NCBI GenBank assembly: GCA_013334395.1
Contig: JAAXXS010000003.1
Location: forward strand, 10,965-74,964
Length of the DNA stretch: 64,000 bases
Origin: Holophagaceae bacterium
Lineage (GTDB): Bacteria; Acidobacteriota; Holophagae; Holophagales; Holophagaceae
Reading direction: 5' to 3'
The notes below the pieces were generated by a model. That model saw nothing but the letters and a program-made list of their open reading frames with translations. It did no database searches and was not told where the DNA came from. Each line of letters opens with the position of its first letter. Position 1 is the stretch's first letter. Made by a program: the position numbers and the translations under genes. Positions 21,592-33,656 of this stretch are shown here, piece by piece.

Positions 21592-21948
21592 CTACTCCTC
21601 CCCGGCCGCTGACGCGAGCTGGATGGTGATGTGGCAGGTGCGCTTCTGAACCCGGTAGGCCCGGCCCATGGGTGCAGGGCGGACGCGCTTCATGCGGAAG
21701 CCCTCGTCCACGAATGCGGTCTTCACCAGCAGCTCATCGGGATTGACGGAGGGATTCTTGTCGATGGCGTTGGCCACGGCGGAATCCAGCAGTTTGCGGA
21801 TGGGGGCGGCGGCGTACTTCTTGGCCTGCGTGAGGACCCACTGGGCCTCGCCGACATGCTTGCCGCGGATGAGGTCCACCACGAGGCGGGCCTTCTGGGC
21901 CGAGCCGCGCAGGTGGCGAACGGTGGCGGTAGAAACGATCTGTGCCAT
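21592..21948 (-). CDS. rplV: 50S ribosomal protein L22
   Basis: [14 protein letters not shown]; PAPMGRA...KRTCHITI. Confidence 0.98.
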   Translation of the reverse strand: MAQIVSTATVRHLRGSAQKARLVVDLIRGKHVGEAQWVLTQAKKYAAAPIRKLLDSAVANAIDKNPSVNPDELLVKTAFVDEGFRMKRVRPAPMGRAYRVQKRTCHITIQLASAAGEE

Positions 21949-21950
21949 CG

Positions 21951-22235
21951 CTATTTCCCCTTCGCCTTGGTGTCTGCCTTGCCGGCATGACCCTTGAACG
22001 TGCGGGTCATAGAGAACTCGCCCAGCTTGTGGCCGATCATGTTCTCAGTGACATAGACAGGAATGAACTTGTTGCCGTTGTGGACGGCGAGGGTAAGACC
22101 GATCATCTGCGGAACGACGGTGGAGCGGCGGGACCAGGTCTTGATCACGCGCTTGTCGTTCGCCGCCTGGGCGACTTCCACCTTCTTCTGGAGGTGGGCG
22201 TCAATGAACGGGCCTTTTTTCAGGGAACGTGCCAT
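21951..22235 (-). CDS. rpsS: 30S ribosomal protein S19
   Basis: RSLKKGPF; TWSRRS; GHKLGEF. Confidence 0.98.
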   Translation of the reverse strand: MARSLKKGPFIDAHLQKKVEVAQAANDKRVIKTWSRRSTVVPQMIGLTLAVHNGNKFIPVYVTENMIGHKLGEFSMTRTFKGHAGKADTKAKGK

Positions 22236-22246
22236 TGTCGGGCCTC

Positions 22247-23068
22247 CTAGTTGATCCGCTTGACGATGAACTTATCCGTGCGACGGTTGCCACGGGTCTT
22301 GTAGCCGCGGGTCGGCTGGCCCCAGGGCGTCACAGGGTGACGACCACCGGAAGTCCGGCCCTCGCCGCCACCATGGGGGTGGTCGACGGGGTTCATGACC
22401 ACGCCGCGGACGGTGGGACGAACCCCCATCCAACGGGTGCGGCCGGCCTTGCCGATCTGGATGTTCTCGTGCTGCAGGTTGCCGACCGTGCCGATCGTCG
22501 CGTAGCAGTCCAGGTGGATCTTGCGGATCTCACCGGAGGGCATGCGGAGCTGGGCGTAGTCGTCTTCCTTCGCCACGAGCTGGGCGAAGGTGCCGGCGGC
22601 GCGGGCGATCTGGCCACCCTTGCCGGGCTTCATCTCGATGTTGTGCACCGTGTTGCCCACCGGGATGTTCCGGAGGGGAAGCGCGTTGCCCACCAGGATG
22701 TCGGCGGTCTTGCCTGCCACCACGACGCGGCCCACTTCCAGGCCGTCGGGGGCCAGGATGTAGCGCTTCTCGCCGTCGGAGTAGACCAGCAGGGCGATGC
22801 GGGCGGTGCGGTTGGGGTCGTACTCGATCGTGGCCACCTTGGCGGGCACTTCGAGCTTGTTGCGCTTGAAGTCGATGATCCGGTACTGGCGCTTGTGGCC
22901 ACCGCCGATGTGGCGGGTGGTGATCCGGCCGGTGTTGGAGCGGCCTCCAGTGCGGTTTCGCTTGGAAATCAGGGAACGCTCAGGCGTGTCCGTGGTGATT
23001 TCCTCGAAGCCGAACTTGGACATGCCACGCTGACCGGGGGTCGTTGGCTTGAGCTGTTTGATGCTCAT
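22247..23068 (-). CDS. rplB: 50S ribosomal protein L2
   Basis: IEYDPNRTA; [13 protein letters not shown]. Confidence 0.98.
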   Translation of the reverse strand: MSIKQLKPTTPGQRGMSKFGFEEITTDTPERSLISKRNRTGGRSNTGRITTRHIGGGHKRQYRIIDFKRNKLEVPAKVATIEYDPNRTARIALLVYSDGEKRYILAPDGLEVGRVVVAGKTADILVGNALPLRNIPVGNTVHNIEMKPGKGGQIARAAGTFAQLVAKEDDYAQLRMPSGEIRKIHLDCYATIGTVGNLQHENIQIGKAGRTRWMGVRPTVRGVVMNPVDHPHGGGEGRTSGGRHPVTPWGQPTRGYKTRGNRRTDKFIVKRIN

Positions 23069-23142
23069 GGTTGTCCTCTTGCCTCAGGGTTGAAAGGGGC
23101 GGGCGATAATGGGCAAAGCTTGTCCGTCCGCCATGGAATCGC

Positions 23143-23418
23143 CTACTCGGACGCGGGTGCGCCCTCGGCGAGCTCGACATAGGCCTTCTTGCGGGGGCTG
23201 GAAGTCCCCACGAAACGGCCCAGCCGCTTGGTCCGGCTCGGAATCCGCACGGTGCGGATGTTCTTCACCTTGGACTGGAGAAGCAGTTCGACTGCTTCCC
23301 GGATCTGGTGCTTGGTGGCCCAAGTGGCCACCTCGAACACCTGGATGTTCTTCTCCCGAAGGAGCTGGCCCTTCTCCGTGAGGAGGGGCTTGCGGATCAC
23401 GTCAAAGATCTTGGTCAT
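23143..23418 (-). CDS. rplW: 50S ribosomal protein L23
   Basis: PLLTEK; ATKHQIREAVE; KKAYVEL. Confidence 0.97.
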   Translation of the reverse strand: MTKIFDVIRKPLLTEKGQLLREKNIQVFEVATWATKHQIREAVELLLQSKVKNIRTVRIPSRTKRLGRFVGTSSPRKKAYVELAEGAPASE

Positions 23419-24050
23419 GGCTTCACAACCTCCTGGAGGGCCAGGACGGCTTCCTTGGAGAAGATCACCTGGTCGTACTTGAGGAGCTCATAGACGTTCA
23501 CGCCCAGGCTCTCGACGGTCTGCAGCTTCGGGTTGTTGCCGGCGGCCATGGTGAGCTTCTCGCTGGCTTCGGTGCCGACCAGGAGGGCCGAACCGGTGAC
23601 GCCGAGCTTGCCGAGGGTCTGGACCAGGGTCTTGGTCTTGTGGGACGCGACGTCCCAGTTCTCGACCACCATGATCTGGCCGCTCGCCAGCTTGGCGGAC
23701 AGCGCGTTGCGCAGTGCGGCGCGACGGGCCTTCTTGGGGAAGGCGTAATCGTAGGAACGGGGGTGCGGACCGTGAGTGGTGCCGCCGCCCTTCCAGAGCG
23801 GGCTGCGGATGGAGCCCACACGGGCGCGGCCGGTGCCCTTCTGCTTCCAGAGCTTCTTGCCGGAGCCGCTGACTTCCCACTTGTCCTTGGTCTTCGCGGT
23901 GCCTGCGCGCCGCTTGGCCAGGAAGTGGCGGACCGCTTCCCAGATCAGGTGCTGGTTCACGTCTTCGAGCTTGAAGACTTCAGGCAGGAGCTCGACGGTG
24001 TCGACCTGCTTGTTCTCGAGACTGAGTACGGGGTGCTGGAAGGCTGCCAT
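23415..24050 (-). CDS. rplD: 50S ribosomal protein L4
   Basis: QKGTGRARVGSIRSPLWKGGG; ATG at 24050. Confidence 0.98.
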   Translation of the reverse strand: MAAFQHPVLSLENKQVDTVELLPEVFKLEDVNQHLIWEAVRHFLAKRRAGTAKTKDKWEVSGSGKKLWKQKGTGRARVGSIRSPLWKGGGTTHGPHPRSYDYAFPKKARRAALRNALSAKLASGQIMVVENWDVASHKTKTLVQTLGKLGVTGSALLVGTEASEKLTMAAGNNPKLQTVESLGVNVYELLKYDQVIFSKEAVLALQEVVKP

Positions 24051-24051
24051 C

Positions 24052-24678
24052 TTAGGCCTCCTGCTTGATGACGATGTACCCACCCTTGGGGCCGGGGACG
24101 GCACCCTTGATGAGGAGCAGGTTGTTCTCGACGTCCACCTTGGCGATCTCCAGGTTGCGAACGGTCACCTGGGCGTCGCCCATGTGGCCGGGCATCCGGA
24201 CGCCAGGAAAGACGCGGCTGGGATAGCTGGACTGGCCGATGGAGCCGGGAGCACGGTGGAACATGGAGCCGTGGGTCGCGCGGCCGCCGGAGAAGTGGTG
24301 CCGCTTGATGACGCCGGCGAACCCCTTGCCCTTGCTGATGCCGGTGACGTTCACCTTGGTCTTCGCCTCGAAGGCACTGGCCAGGACACTGTCGCCGGGC
24401 TTGGATTCGTCCGTGGCATCCACCTTGATCTCACGCAGCACGCGGACCGGAGCAACGCCCTGCTTCTCGCAGTGGCCCTTCTCAGCCTTCGTGGCGCGCT
24501 TGCCGCCGTTGGGATCCACGAAGCCGATCTGCACCGCCTCGTAGCCGTCCTTGGCGGAGGTCTTGCGCATCACGACGACACAGGGGCCTGCCTGGATGAC
24601 AGTCACGGGGACAACCTGTCCCTGCTCATTGAAGATCTGGGTCATGCCCAGCTTCTTGCCGATGATTCCTTTTGACAT
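24052..24678 (-). CDS. rplC: 50S ribosomal protein L3
   Basis: GKKLGMTQ; [13 protein letters not shown]; GAVPG. Confidence 0.98.
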   Translation of the reverse strand: MSKGIIGKKLGMTQIFNEQGQVVPVTVIQAGPCVVVMRKTSAKDGYEAVQIGFVDPNGGKRATKAEKGHCEKQGVAPVRVLREIKVDATDESKPGDSVLASAFEAKTKVNVTGISKGKGFAGVIKRHHFSGGRATHGSMFHRAPGSIGQSSYPSRVFPGVRMPGHMGDAQVTVRNLEIAKVDVENNLLLIKGAVPGPKGGYIVIKQEA

Positions 24679-24692
24679 GATCTCTCCCCCCT

Positions 24693-25019
24693 CTACCGGT
24701 TGCCCTGGCGACTGAAGACCTTGATCTCCACGTCGACGCCAGCAGGCAGGTCGAGACGCATCAGCGTGTCCACGGTGTTCTGAGTGGGATTCAGGATGTC
24801 CAGCAGGCGCTTGTGCGTGCGGATCTCAAACTGGTCCCGGCTCTTCTTGTCCACGTGGGGGCTGCGGTTGACGGTGTACTTGTTCGTACGAGTGGGGAGG
24901 GGGATGGGCCCTGCCACCTGGGCGCCCGTGCGCTTGGCGGTGTCCACGATCTCACGGGTGCTCTGGTCGAGCAGACGGTGGTCGAAGGCACGCAGGCGGA
25001 TGCGGATGTTGTCTTTCAT
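24693..25019 (-). CDS. rpsJ: 30S ribosomal protein S10
   Basis: [10 protein letters not shown]; GPIPLPT; [14 protein letters not shown]; GGAG SD before ATG 25019. Confidence 0.98.
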   Translation of the reverse strand: MKDNIRIRLRAFDHRLLDQSTREIVDTAKRTGAQVAGPIPLPTRTNKYTVNRSPHVDKKSRDQFEIRTHKRLLDILNPTQNTVDTLMRLDLPAGVDVEIKVFSRQGNR

Positions 25020-25108
25020 GTTCACTCCATTGGGACGGGGACCGTCCATAGACGTGGGGCGCTGACCGCCCATGTGGATCCGTCCCGGAAACAGGGACAG
25101 GGCTGATC

Positions 25109-25136
25109 AGCATAGCAAAAGCCGCTGGAAATTCAA
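25109..25136 (-). promoter_or_regulatory. Putative sigma70 promoter for the S10 operon
   Basis: Minus strand TTGAAT-N16-TATGCT with a TG extended -10. Confidence 0.65.
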
Positions 25137-25144
25137 CGGCTTTT
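25117..25144 (-). terminator. Putative intrinsic terminator after fusA, overlapping the S10 promoter
   Basis: mRNA aaaagccguug-aauuuc-cagcggcuuuu (11 bp with one G.U). Confidence 0.6.
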
Positions 25145-25306
25145 TTGGAAGAACGCACGACCTCCCGTGGGAGGAAGCGGTGGATCAAGAGGCCCGGCAA
25201 CCTTGCGGTTCGGGAAACGGCCTCACCCCGAGAGGGGCTGGAACAGCAGACTACGGGTCTTGCCTTGCTCTAAAACGGGCATTGTCCGTTGTAGAGATAT
25301 AAATAA

Positions 25307-27415
<2,109 letters not shown>

Positions 27416-27520
27416 TGCGGCCTCCTGAAAGGATCAAATCGGAATCGGATTCGGGGGTGCTTCAAAGACCTTCGCGGAAGGAGCCGCCAAGCCGGCGGCT
27501 CCTTCCGGTCTTGGGTGCTG

Positions 27521-27994
<474 letters not shown>

Positions 27995-28003
27995 TCACCT
28001 CAC

Positions 28004-28402
28004 CTACTTCTTCTTGGCCGGAGCGGCACCGGCCTTGGGCCGCTTCGCACCGTACTTGGAACGGGACTGGTTGCGGCCTGCGACGCCAGTGGCGTCCAGG
28101 GTGCCGCGCACCACGTGATAGCGAACGCCCGGCAGATCCTTCACGCGGCCGCCGCGGATGAGCACGATGCTGTGCTCCTGCAGGTTGTGGCCAACGCCAG
28201 GGATGTAGGTCGTGCACTCGATGCCGTTGGTGAGACGCACACGGGCCACCTTGCGGAGGGCCGAGTTCGGCTTCTTCGGTGTGGTGGTGAACACGCGGGT
28301 GCACACGCCGCGCTTCTGCGGGCAGGCGTCGAGCGCGGGGCTCTTCGTCTTGTTCTGGAATGTTTTCCGCCCAACGCGGATCAGCTGATTGATGGTAGGC
28401 AC
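28004..28402 (-). CDS. rpsL: 30S ribosomal protein S12
   Basis: GTG start giving MPTINQL; [11 protein letters not shown]; [10 protein letters not shown]. Confidence 0.98.
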   Translation of the reverse strand: MPTINQLIRVGRKTFQNKTKSPALDACPQKRGVCTRVFTTTPKKPNSALRKVARVRLTNGIECTTYIPGVGHNLQEHSIVLIRGGRVKDLPGVRYHVVRGTLDATGVAGRNQSRSKYGAKRPKAGAAPAKKK

Positions 28403-28513
28403 ACCATCCTCCATGGAAGGCACCGGTGAATCCGGGCCTGGGCCCGAGAGGTTCCGCGGAGGGAACATCGGACGGATGAAAACCTGCGCCGACCCACGGG
28501 GCCGGAACCATCT

Positions 28514-28541
28514 AGGCTATCGGAATAAGCCCAGAAGTCAA
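28514..28541 (-). promoter_or_regulatory. Putative sigma70 promoter of the str operon
   Basis: Minus strand TTGACT-N16-TAGCCT upstream of rpsL. Confidence 0.6.
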
Positions 28542-28567
28542 TGCAACAACAATGAAAGTGCCAGACG

Positions 28568-28849
28568 TCACCCAGCCAGGGGGCAGCCGCAGCCGCCTGC
28601 AGCACAGCCATGGCCGCTCTTGGGGGCCTCCGCAGCCGCAGGCGATGGCGAGGCTGAGGCTGCAGGCTCCGAGGCCGCGCCCTTGTACCAGCCCCCGCCG
28701 GACAGCGAGAACGCGGCGACGGACAGCTGCCGCTTCATGCCCTCCGCCGCCCCGCAAGCTCCGCAGGCGTGGACGACAGGCGCAGACAGGCTCTCCAGCC
28801 TTTCTTCCGGCTGGCCGCAAGCTTCGCAACGGTATTCGTAGAGGGGCAT
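28568..28849 (-). CDS. FmdB-family zinc-ribbon protein
   Basis: [12 protein letters not shown]...CGACG...FSLSGGGWY; C-terminal CAAGGCGC. Confidence 0.88.
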   Translation of the reverse strand: MPLYEYRCEACGQPEERLESLSAPVVHACGACGAAEGMKRQLSVAAFSLSGGGWYKGAASEPAASASPSPAAAEAPKSGHGCAAGGCGCPLAG

Positions 28850-28905
28850 GGCAGACTTCTCCTGGGAATGGTCCCCGAACCGATGATCTTACTTCCGAAC
28901 CTACG

Positions 28906-29394
28906 ATGCCGTCACCGACCCTTTTCTTCCAGACCCCTGAAGCCTTCCTCGCGGCCATCCCCCGCCCAAGGACCCTCTGCTTCACCAACGGCTGCTTCGA
29001 CCTGATCCACCCTGGCCATGTGAAGTATCTGGCGGATGCGCGTGCCCAGGGCGACTTCCTGGTGGTGGGATTGAACAGCGATGCCTCCGTGGCGCGCCTG
29101 AAGGGGCCCGGACGCCCCCTGCAGGACGAGGCCGCCCGGGCCGCCGTGCTGCTGGGCCTGCGCAGCGTGGATGCCGTGGTGCGCTTTGACGAGGACACGC
29201 CGCTGGAGCTGATCCAGGCCCTTCGACCCAATGTCCTGGTGAAGGGCGGGGACTACACCCCGGAGACCGTGGTGGGCCGGGACTTTGTCGAAGCCCAGGG
29301 CGGGCGCCTCATCCTCATCCCGTTCCTGCCGGGACACAGCACCTCCAAGATCGAAGCGAGGATTCTCAGCGGGCGCGGCGTCACGCTGGAATAG
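28906..29394 (+). CDS. rfaE2: ADP-heptose synthase adenylyltransferase domain (RfaE domain II / HldC-like)
   Basis: [25 protein letters not shown] and KGGDY motifs. Confidence 0.92.
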   Translation: MPSPTLFFQTPEAFLAAIPRPRTLCFTNGCFDLIHPGHVKYLADARAQGDFLVVGLNSDASVARLKGPGRPLQDEAARAAVLLGLRSVDAVVRFDEDTPLELIQALRPNVLVKGGDYTPETVVGRDFVEAQGGRLILIPFLPGHSTSKIEARILSGRGVTLE

Positions 29395-29506
29395 GGTGTG
29401 TCCGGTCGGAGGTGACACTCGGTAGTCCCTTCGGTTGACGCGAGGCCGCGCAGGTCTCGCTAGGCTGGGGCTACCCCTCAAGGGGTATCTCAACCCAGGA
29501 GTCTCC

Positions 29507-30097
29507 ATGCGCAAAACCCTCTTCCTTGCCTGCCTTTTCACGGGCGCAGCCCTGTCGGCCCAGAGCATCACCGGCGGCATCTACACGGGCCTCTCCCTGC
29601 CCGTGGGCGACCTCAAGGACAAGTCGGACCTGGGCACCAACCAGTTCTTCGGGTCCCATGTCGGCGGCCACCTCGACTTCCAGGTCGCCCCCCGCCATGA
29701 GGTCCGGGCCCACCTGACCTTCCAGAGCTTCCCGGGGTCGGGCTGGGGGGGCTTCGCCGCCTCCAAGAACGACTACAAGGCCTTCCAGGCCGGTGCCGAC
29801 TGGGTCTACCGCTTCGAGGGCTTGAACCGCGGCTGGTACAGCGTGGCCGGGGCGAGCCTGAACCAGATCAAGAACGACTGGGAGTTCGTCAACGGGGCTG
29901 GCCGCTGGACCAGCGGCAGCGCCTCCCAGAGCGGCAAGCTCGGCGTGCGGGGCGGGGCCGGCTACATCTTCAACCGCACCTTCGCCCTGGAAGGCACCCT
30001 CAACCAGATCTTCGTCGACAAGAGTGGCGCCGACGGCCTCGGCTACGACACGGCCACCTGGCTCCAGGTCAGCGCGGTCTTCCGGTTCGGGAAGTAG
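29507..30097 (+). CDS. Small outer-membrane beta-barrel (OmpA/OmpW-like)
   Basis: Signal peptide, alternating amphipathic strands, C-terminal AVFRFGK; AGGAG SD. Confidence 0.75.
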   Translation: MRKTLFLACLFTGAALSAQSITGGIYTGLSLPVGDLKDKSDLGTNQFFGSHVGGHLDFQVAPRHEVRAHLTFQSFPGSGWGGFAASKNDYKAFQAGADWVYRFEGLNRGWYSVAGASLNQIKNDWEFVNGAGRWTSGSASQSGKLGVRGGAGYIFNRTFALEGTLNQIFVDKSGADGLGYDTATWLQVSAVFRFGK

Positions 30098-30110
30098 CCT
30101 CCCAACTCCG

Positions 30111-30142
30111 TGAAAACGGGCCGCGTTCGCGGCCCGTTTTCA
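30111..30142. terminator. Bidirectional terminator
   Basis: tgaaaacgggccgc-gttc-gcggcccgttttca, 14-bp stem between convergent genes. Confidence 0.88.
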
Positions 30143-30158
30143 TGGAGAGCAGAGAACC

Positions 30159-32318
30159 CTAGACCAGCGGAGAGAGCAGCTGCCAGTACTTGGGCAGGGG
30201 CCAGAGATCCGCGTCGCAGGCTTCTTCCAGCTGGTCGAGGACCTCGCGGAGGGCGTGCTTGGACTGGTTGACCGAGTTCCCGAAGGCCTCGGTGCGGGCA
30301 TGGAGGTCCTCGATGGCCTCAGCCGCGTTCAGGGCGGCCTTCATGGCGCTGAGGCGGGCCTGGGCCTCGCCGGCGAGGGTGGTCTGGGCCTGCAGGGCCT
30401 GCTTCAGAGTCTCGGGGACGCTGATGCCGACCACAGCCAGCTTCGCGAGGCTCTCGGCACGGGCGCCGAGGTCTGCCGAGATGGAGGGCAGGATCTGAGT
30501 CTCGGCCATTTCCTTCAGGACCTGGGTCTCGATGGCGATGGCCTTCTGGTACTGCTCGTGCCGGATGTGGAGGCGGGACTCGAGCTCGCCCTCGGACAGG
30601 ATGCCCGGCTTCGAGAAGACGGCCTTTACCGCAGGCTCCTCCCAGATGTGCAGGGCGGCCACGGTGTCCTTGGCGTGGGGCAGACCCCGGCGCTCGGCTT
30701 CGACCTTCCACTCGTCCGAGTAGCCATTGCCCTCGAAGCGGATGGCCTTGGTCTCGATGATGGCCTGGCGCACCACGGTCAGAACAGCCGCCTTGTGCTC
30801 CTTGCCGGCCTTGAGCTCGGCCGCCAGCTTGGTGTTGAGGTCCTCGAGGGCCTCCGCCACGGCGGCGTTGATGACCGTCAGGGGCAGGGCGATGGGCTGG
30901 CTGGAGCCCACGGCGCGGAACTCGAACTTGTTGCCCGTGAAGGCGAAGGGGCTGGTGCGATTGCGGTCCGTGGCGTCCTTCTCGATGCGCGGCAGGTTGC
31001 CAATGCCCAGGTCGATGATGCCCTGGGTGGAGACATTGGCCACGTCGCCCTTCTCGATGGAATCCAGGATGTGGTTCAGCTGGGCGCCCAGGAAGGCGGA
31101 CATGATGGCCGGGGGTGCCTCGTTGGCGCCGAGGCGGTGGTCGTTTCCGGCGCTGGCGATGGCCGCGCGGAGCAGGCCGCCGTGGGTGTGGATGGCCTTC
31201 AGGGTGGCGCTGAGGAAGTAGAGGAACTGCAGGTTCTCCTCGGGCGTGTGGCCGGGCTCCATCAGGTTCTGGCCCTCGTCCGTGGCGATGCTCCAGTTCA
31301 CGTGCTTGCCGCTGCCGTTGACACCGGCGAAGGGCTTCTCGTGGAGCAGGATGGCCAGGCCGCGGCGCTCACCAATGGACTTCAGGAGCTCCATCAGCAG
31401 CTGGTTGTGATCGCTGGCGAGGTTGGCAGCTTCATAGATGGGGGCGATCTCAAACTGGTTGGGGGCCACCTCGTTATGGCGGGTCTTGGCGGGGATGCCC
31501 AGCTTGAAGCACTCCAGCTCGACCTCCTGCATGAAGCCCAGCACGCGCTCCTTGATGCTGCCGAAGTAGTGGTCCTCAAGCTCCTGGCCCTTGGGGGGCT
31601 TGGCGCCCTGGAGGGTGCGGTTGGCGAACATCAGGTCGGGCCGCTGCTGGGCCAGCTCCAGGTCCACCGCGAAGTATTCCTGCTCCGGGCCGCACTGGGC
31701 CACCACCGTCTCCGCGTTCACGCCGAAGAACTTGAGCGCGGCCTTGGCCTGCTCGGAGACGACAGCCATGGAGCGGAGGAGGGGCACCTTGTGATCCAGC
31801 GCCTCGCCGTGGTAGCCGATGAAGGCCGTGGGGATGCAGAGGGTCTTGCCGAGGGGCCCTTCCATGAGGAAGGCCGGGCTGGCGGGATCCCAGGCGGTGT
31901 AGCCCCGGGCCTCGAAGGTGGCGCGGAGACCGCCGCTCGGGAAGGAGCTGGCGTCCGGCTCGCCCTGGGTGAGCATGCCGCCGCTGAAGCGCTCGGTGAC
32001 CTGGCCGGGCTCGTCCCACATGATGAAGGCGTCATGCTTTTCGGCAGTGGCGCCGGTCATGGGCAGGAACCAGTGGGTGAAGTGCGTGCAGCCCAGCTCG
32101 ATGGCCCACTCCTTCATGGCCAGAGCCACGCTCTTGGCCACCTCGGGGGACAGGGGCTCGCTGCGCTTCAGCGACTGGCGGTAGGACTTGTAGACGTCCT
32201 TCTGCAGCCGCTCGCGCATGGTGCGCTCGCTGAAGGTGTTGCAGCCGAAGTACTGGCTGACCTTGACCTGATCCAACCGTGAGATGCTGGACGAGTCCGG
32301 AGCCTGGGTCTTAGACAT
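30159..32318 (-). CDS. Glutamine synthetase type III
   Basis: THWFLP.TG.TAEKHD, QGEPDASSFPSGGLRATFEARGYTAWD, HEKPFAGVNGSGKH and DRNRTSPFAFTGNKFEFRA; ATG at 32318. Confidence 0.96.
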   Translation of the reverse strand: MSKTQAPDSSSISRLDQVKVSQYFGCNTFSERTMRERLQKDVYKSYRQSLKRSEPLSPEVAKSVALAMKEWAIELGCTHFTHWFLPMTGATAEKHDAFIMWDEPGQVTERFSGGMLTQGEPDASSFPSGGLRATFEARGYTAWDPASPAFLMEGPLGKTLCIPTAFIGYHGEALDHKVPLLRSMAVVSEQAKAALKFFGVNAETVVAQCGPEQEYFAVDLELAQQRPDLMFANRTLQGAKPPKGQELEDHYFGSIKERVLGFMQEVELECFKLGIPAKTRHNEVAPNQFEIAPIYEAANLASDHNQLLMELLKSIGERRGLAILLHEKPFAGVNGSGKHVNWSIATDEGQNLMEPGHTPEENLQFLYFLSATLKAIHTHGGLLRAAIASAGNDHRLGANEAPPAIMSAFLGAQLNHILDSIEKGDVANVSTQGIIDLGIGNLPRIEKDATDRNRTSPFAFTGNKFEFRAVGSSQPIALPLTVINAAVAEALEDLNTKLAAELKAGKEHKAAVLTVVRQAIIETKAIRFEGNGYSDEWKVEAERRGLPHAKDTVAALHIWEEPAVKAVFSKPGILSEGELESRLHIRHEQYQKAIAIETQVLKEMAETQILPSISADLGARAESLAKLAVVGISVPETLKQALQAQTTLAGEAQARLSAMKAALNAAEAIEDLHARTEAFGNSVNQSKHALREVLDQLEEACDADLWPLPKYWQLLSPLV

Positions 32319-32687
32319 GTTTCCCCCTTGGATGAATATGCATGAATACAACTAGACGTGGACCGATAGCCGCCCCCGGGGGGCATGCATCGGATTCCCA
32401 CATCCACTTGGACCCTGTGATCCTCGACCAGGGTAGCACAGACCCGCGTGTGGCAACAGCCTTTTTGGCCTGCGACCGGGCCTTGGCCCTGCTTGGGGAC
32501 CTTGGTCGGAACCAGGCCGGATTGCCACGTCCTGCGGCCCTGGCCTGGGAAAGAGCCGCCTTCTCCGAGGTCTTCGACCACCCGGAGCCCAGCCGGCGCA
32601 TCCGAAGTTTCCTGGCGAAGGGTTGACAACCTGTCGGGGGAAGAACCCAGGCCTCCCGCCCGGCCGCCAGCCCCCTAGAATGAATCC

Positions 32688-33656
32688 ATGGACCTGACCG
32701 CCCCCTACCTCCCCGACCTCGAGAGCATCCCCGCCGGCCTGGATCTGCCCGCCGAGATCCGGCGCCTCAAGGCCGAGCGCAAGGCCGTCATCCTGGGCCA
32801 CTACTACCAGGAGCCCGAGATCCAGGACCTGGCCGACTTTGTGGGCGACAGCCTGCAGCTCAGCCAGCAGGCCGCCAAGACCGACGCCGACATCATCGCC
32901 TTCTGCGGCGTCCACTTCATGGCCGAGACCGCCAAGATCCTCAACCCCACCAAGACTGTCGTCATCCCGGACATGGACGCCGGCTGCAGCCTGGCGGACC
33001 GCTGCCCTGCTGACCACTTCGCCGAGTGGCTGAAGCAGTACCCGGACCATGACGTCGTCAGCTACATCAACTGCTCCGCGGGCGTGAAGGCCCTCAGCAC
33101 CGTCATCTGCACCAGCAGCAACGCCGAGCGCGTGGTGAACAGCCTGCCAAGAGACCGCAAGCTGGTCTTCGCCCCGGACCGCCACCTGGGCAAGTGGGTG
33201 ATGAAGCAGACGGGTCGGGACATGGTGCTGTTCCCGGGCTTCTGCATCGTGCATGAGCAGTTCACCGCCAAGCGGCTGGCCGCCCTCAAGGCCCAGCACC
33301 CCGAGGCCAAGTTGATCGCCCATCCCGAGTGCGACGCCACGGTCAGCCAGCTGGCGGACTTCGTGGGCTCCACCGCGGCCCTGCTGAACTACGTTGAAAG
33401 GAACTCCGCCAAGGCCTTCATCGTCGCCACCGAGGCGGGCATCCTCCACCAGATGCGTCTGCGGCGGCCGGAGGCAGAGCTGATCCCCGCCCCCGCCGAC
33501 AGTGGCTGCAACTGCAGCCTCTGCCCCTACATGAAGCTCAACAGCCTGGAGAAGCTCTACCTCTGCCTCCGGGACCTCAAGCCCGAGATCCGCCTGGAGG
33601 AGTCCCTCCGGGTGCAGGCCTTGAAGCCCCTCGAGCGGATGCTGGCCCTCGGGTGA
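32688..33656 (+). CDS. nadA: Quinolinate synthase
   Basis: GHYYQ, GDSL.L, FCGVHFMAETAK, GCSLA, HPEC and CPYMK motifs. Confidence 0.96.
   Translation: MDLTAPYLPDLESIPAGLDLPAEIRRLKAERKAVILGHYYQEPEIQDLADFVGDSLQLSQQAAKTDADIIAFCGVHFMAETAKILNPTKTVVIPDMDAGCSLADRCPADHFAEWLKQYPDHDVVSYINCSAGVKALSTVICTSSNAERVVNSLPRDRKLVFAPDRHLGKWVMKQTGRDMVLFPGFCIVHEQFTAKRLAALKAQHPEAKLIAHPECDATVSQLADFVGSTAALLNYVERNSAKAFIVATEAGILHQMRLRRPEAELIPAPADSGCNCSLCPYMKLNSLEKLYLCLRDLKPEIRLEESLRVQALKPLERMLALG

Noticed and set aside
32319-32687. Sigma54/NtrC-type control of the GSIII gene
   Set aside because: TGGCAA-containing candidates lack correct -24/-12 spacing, and no TGCAC-N7-GTGCA site was found.
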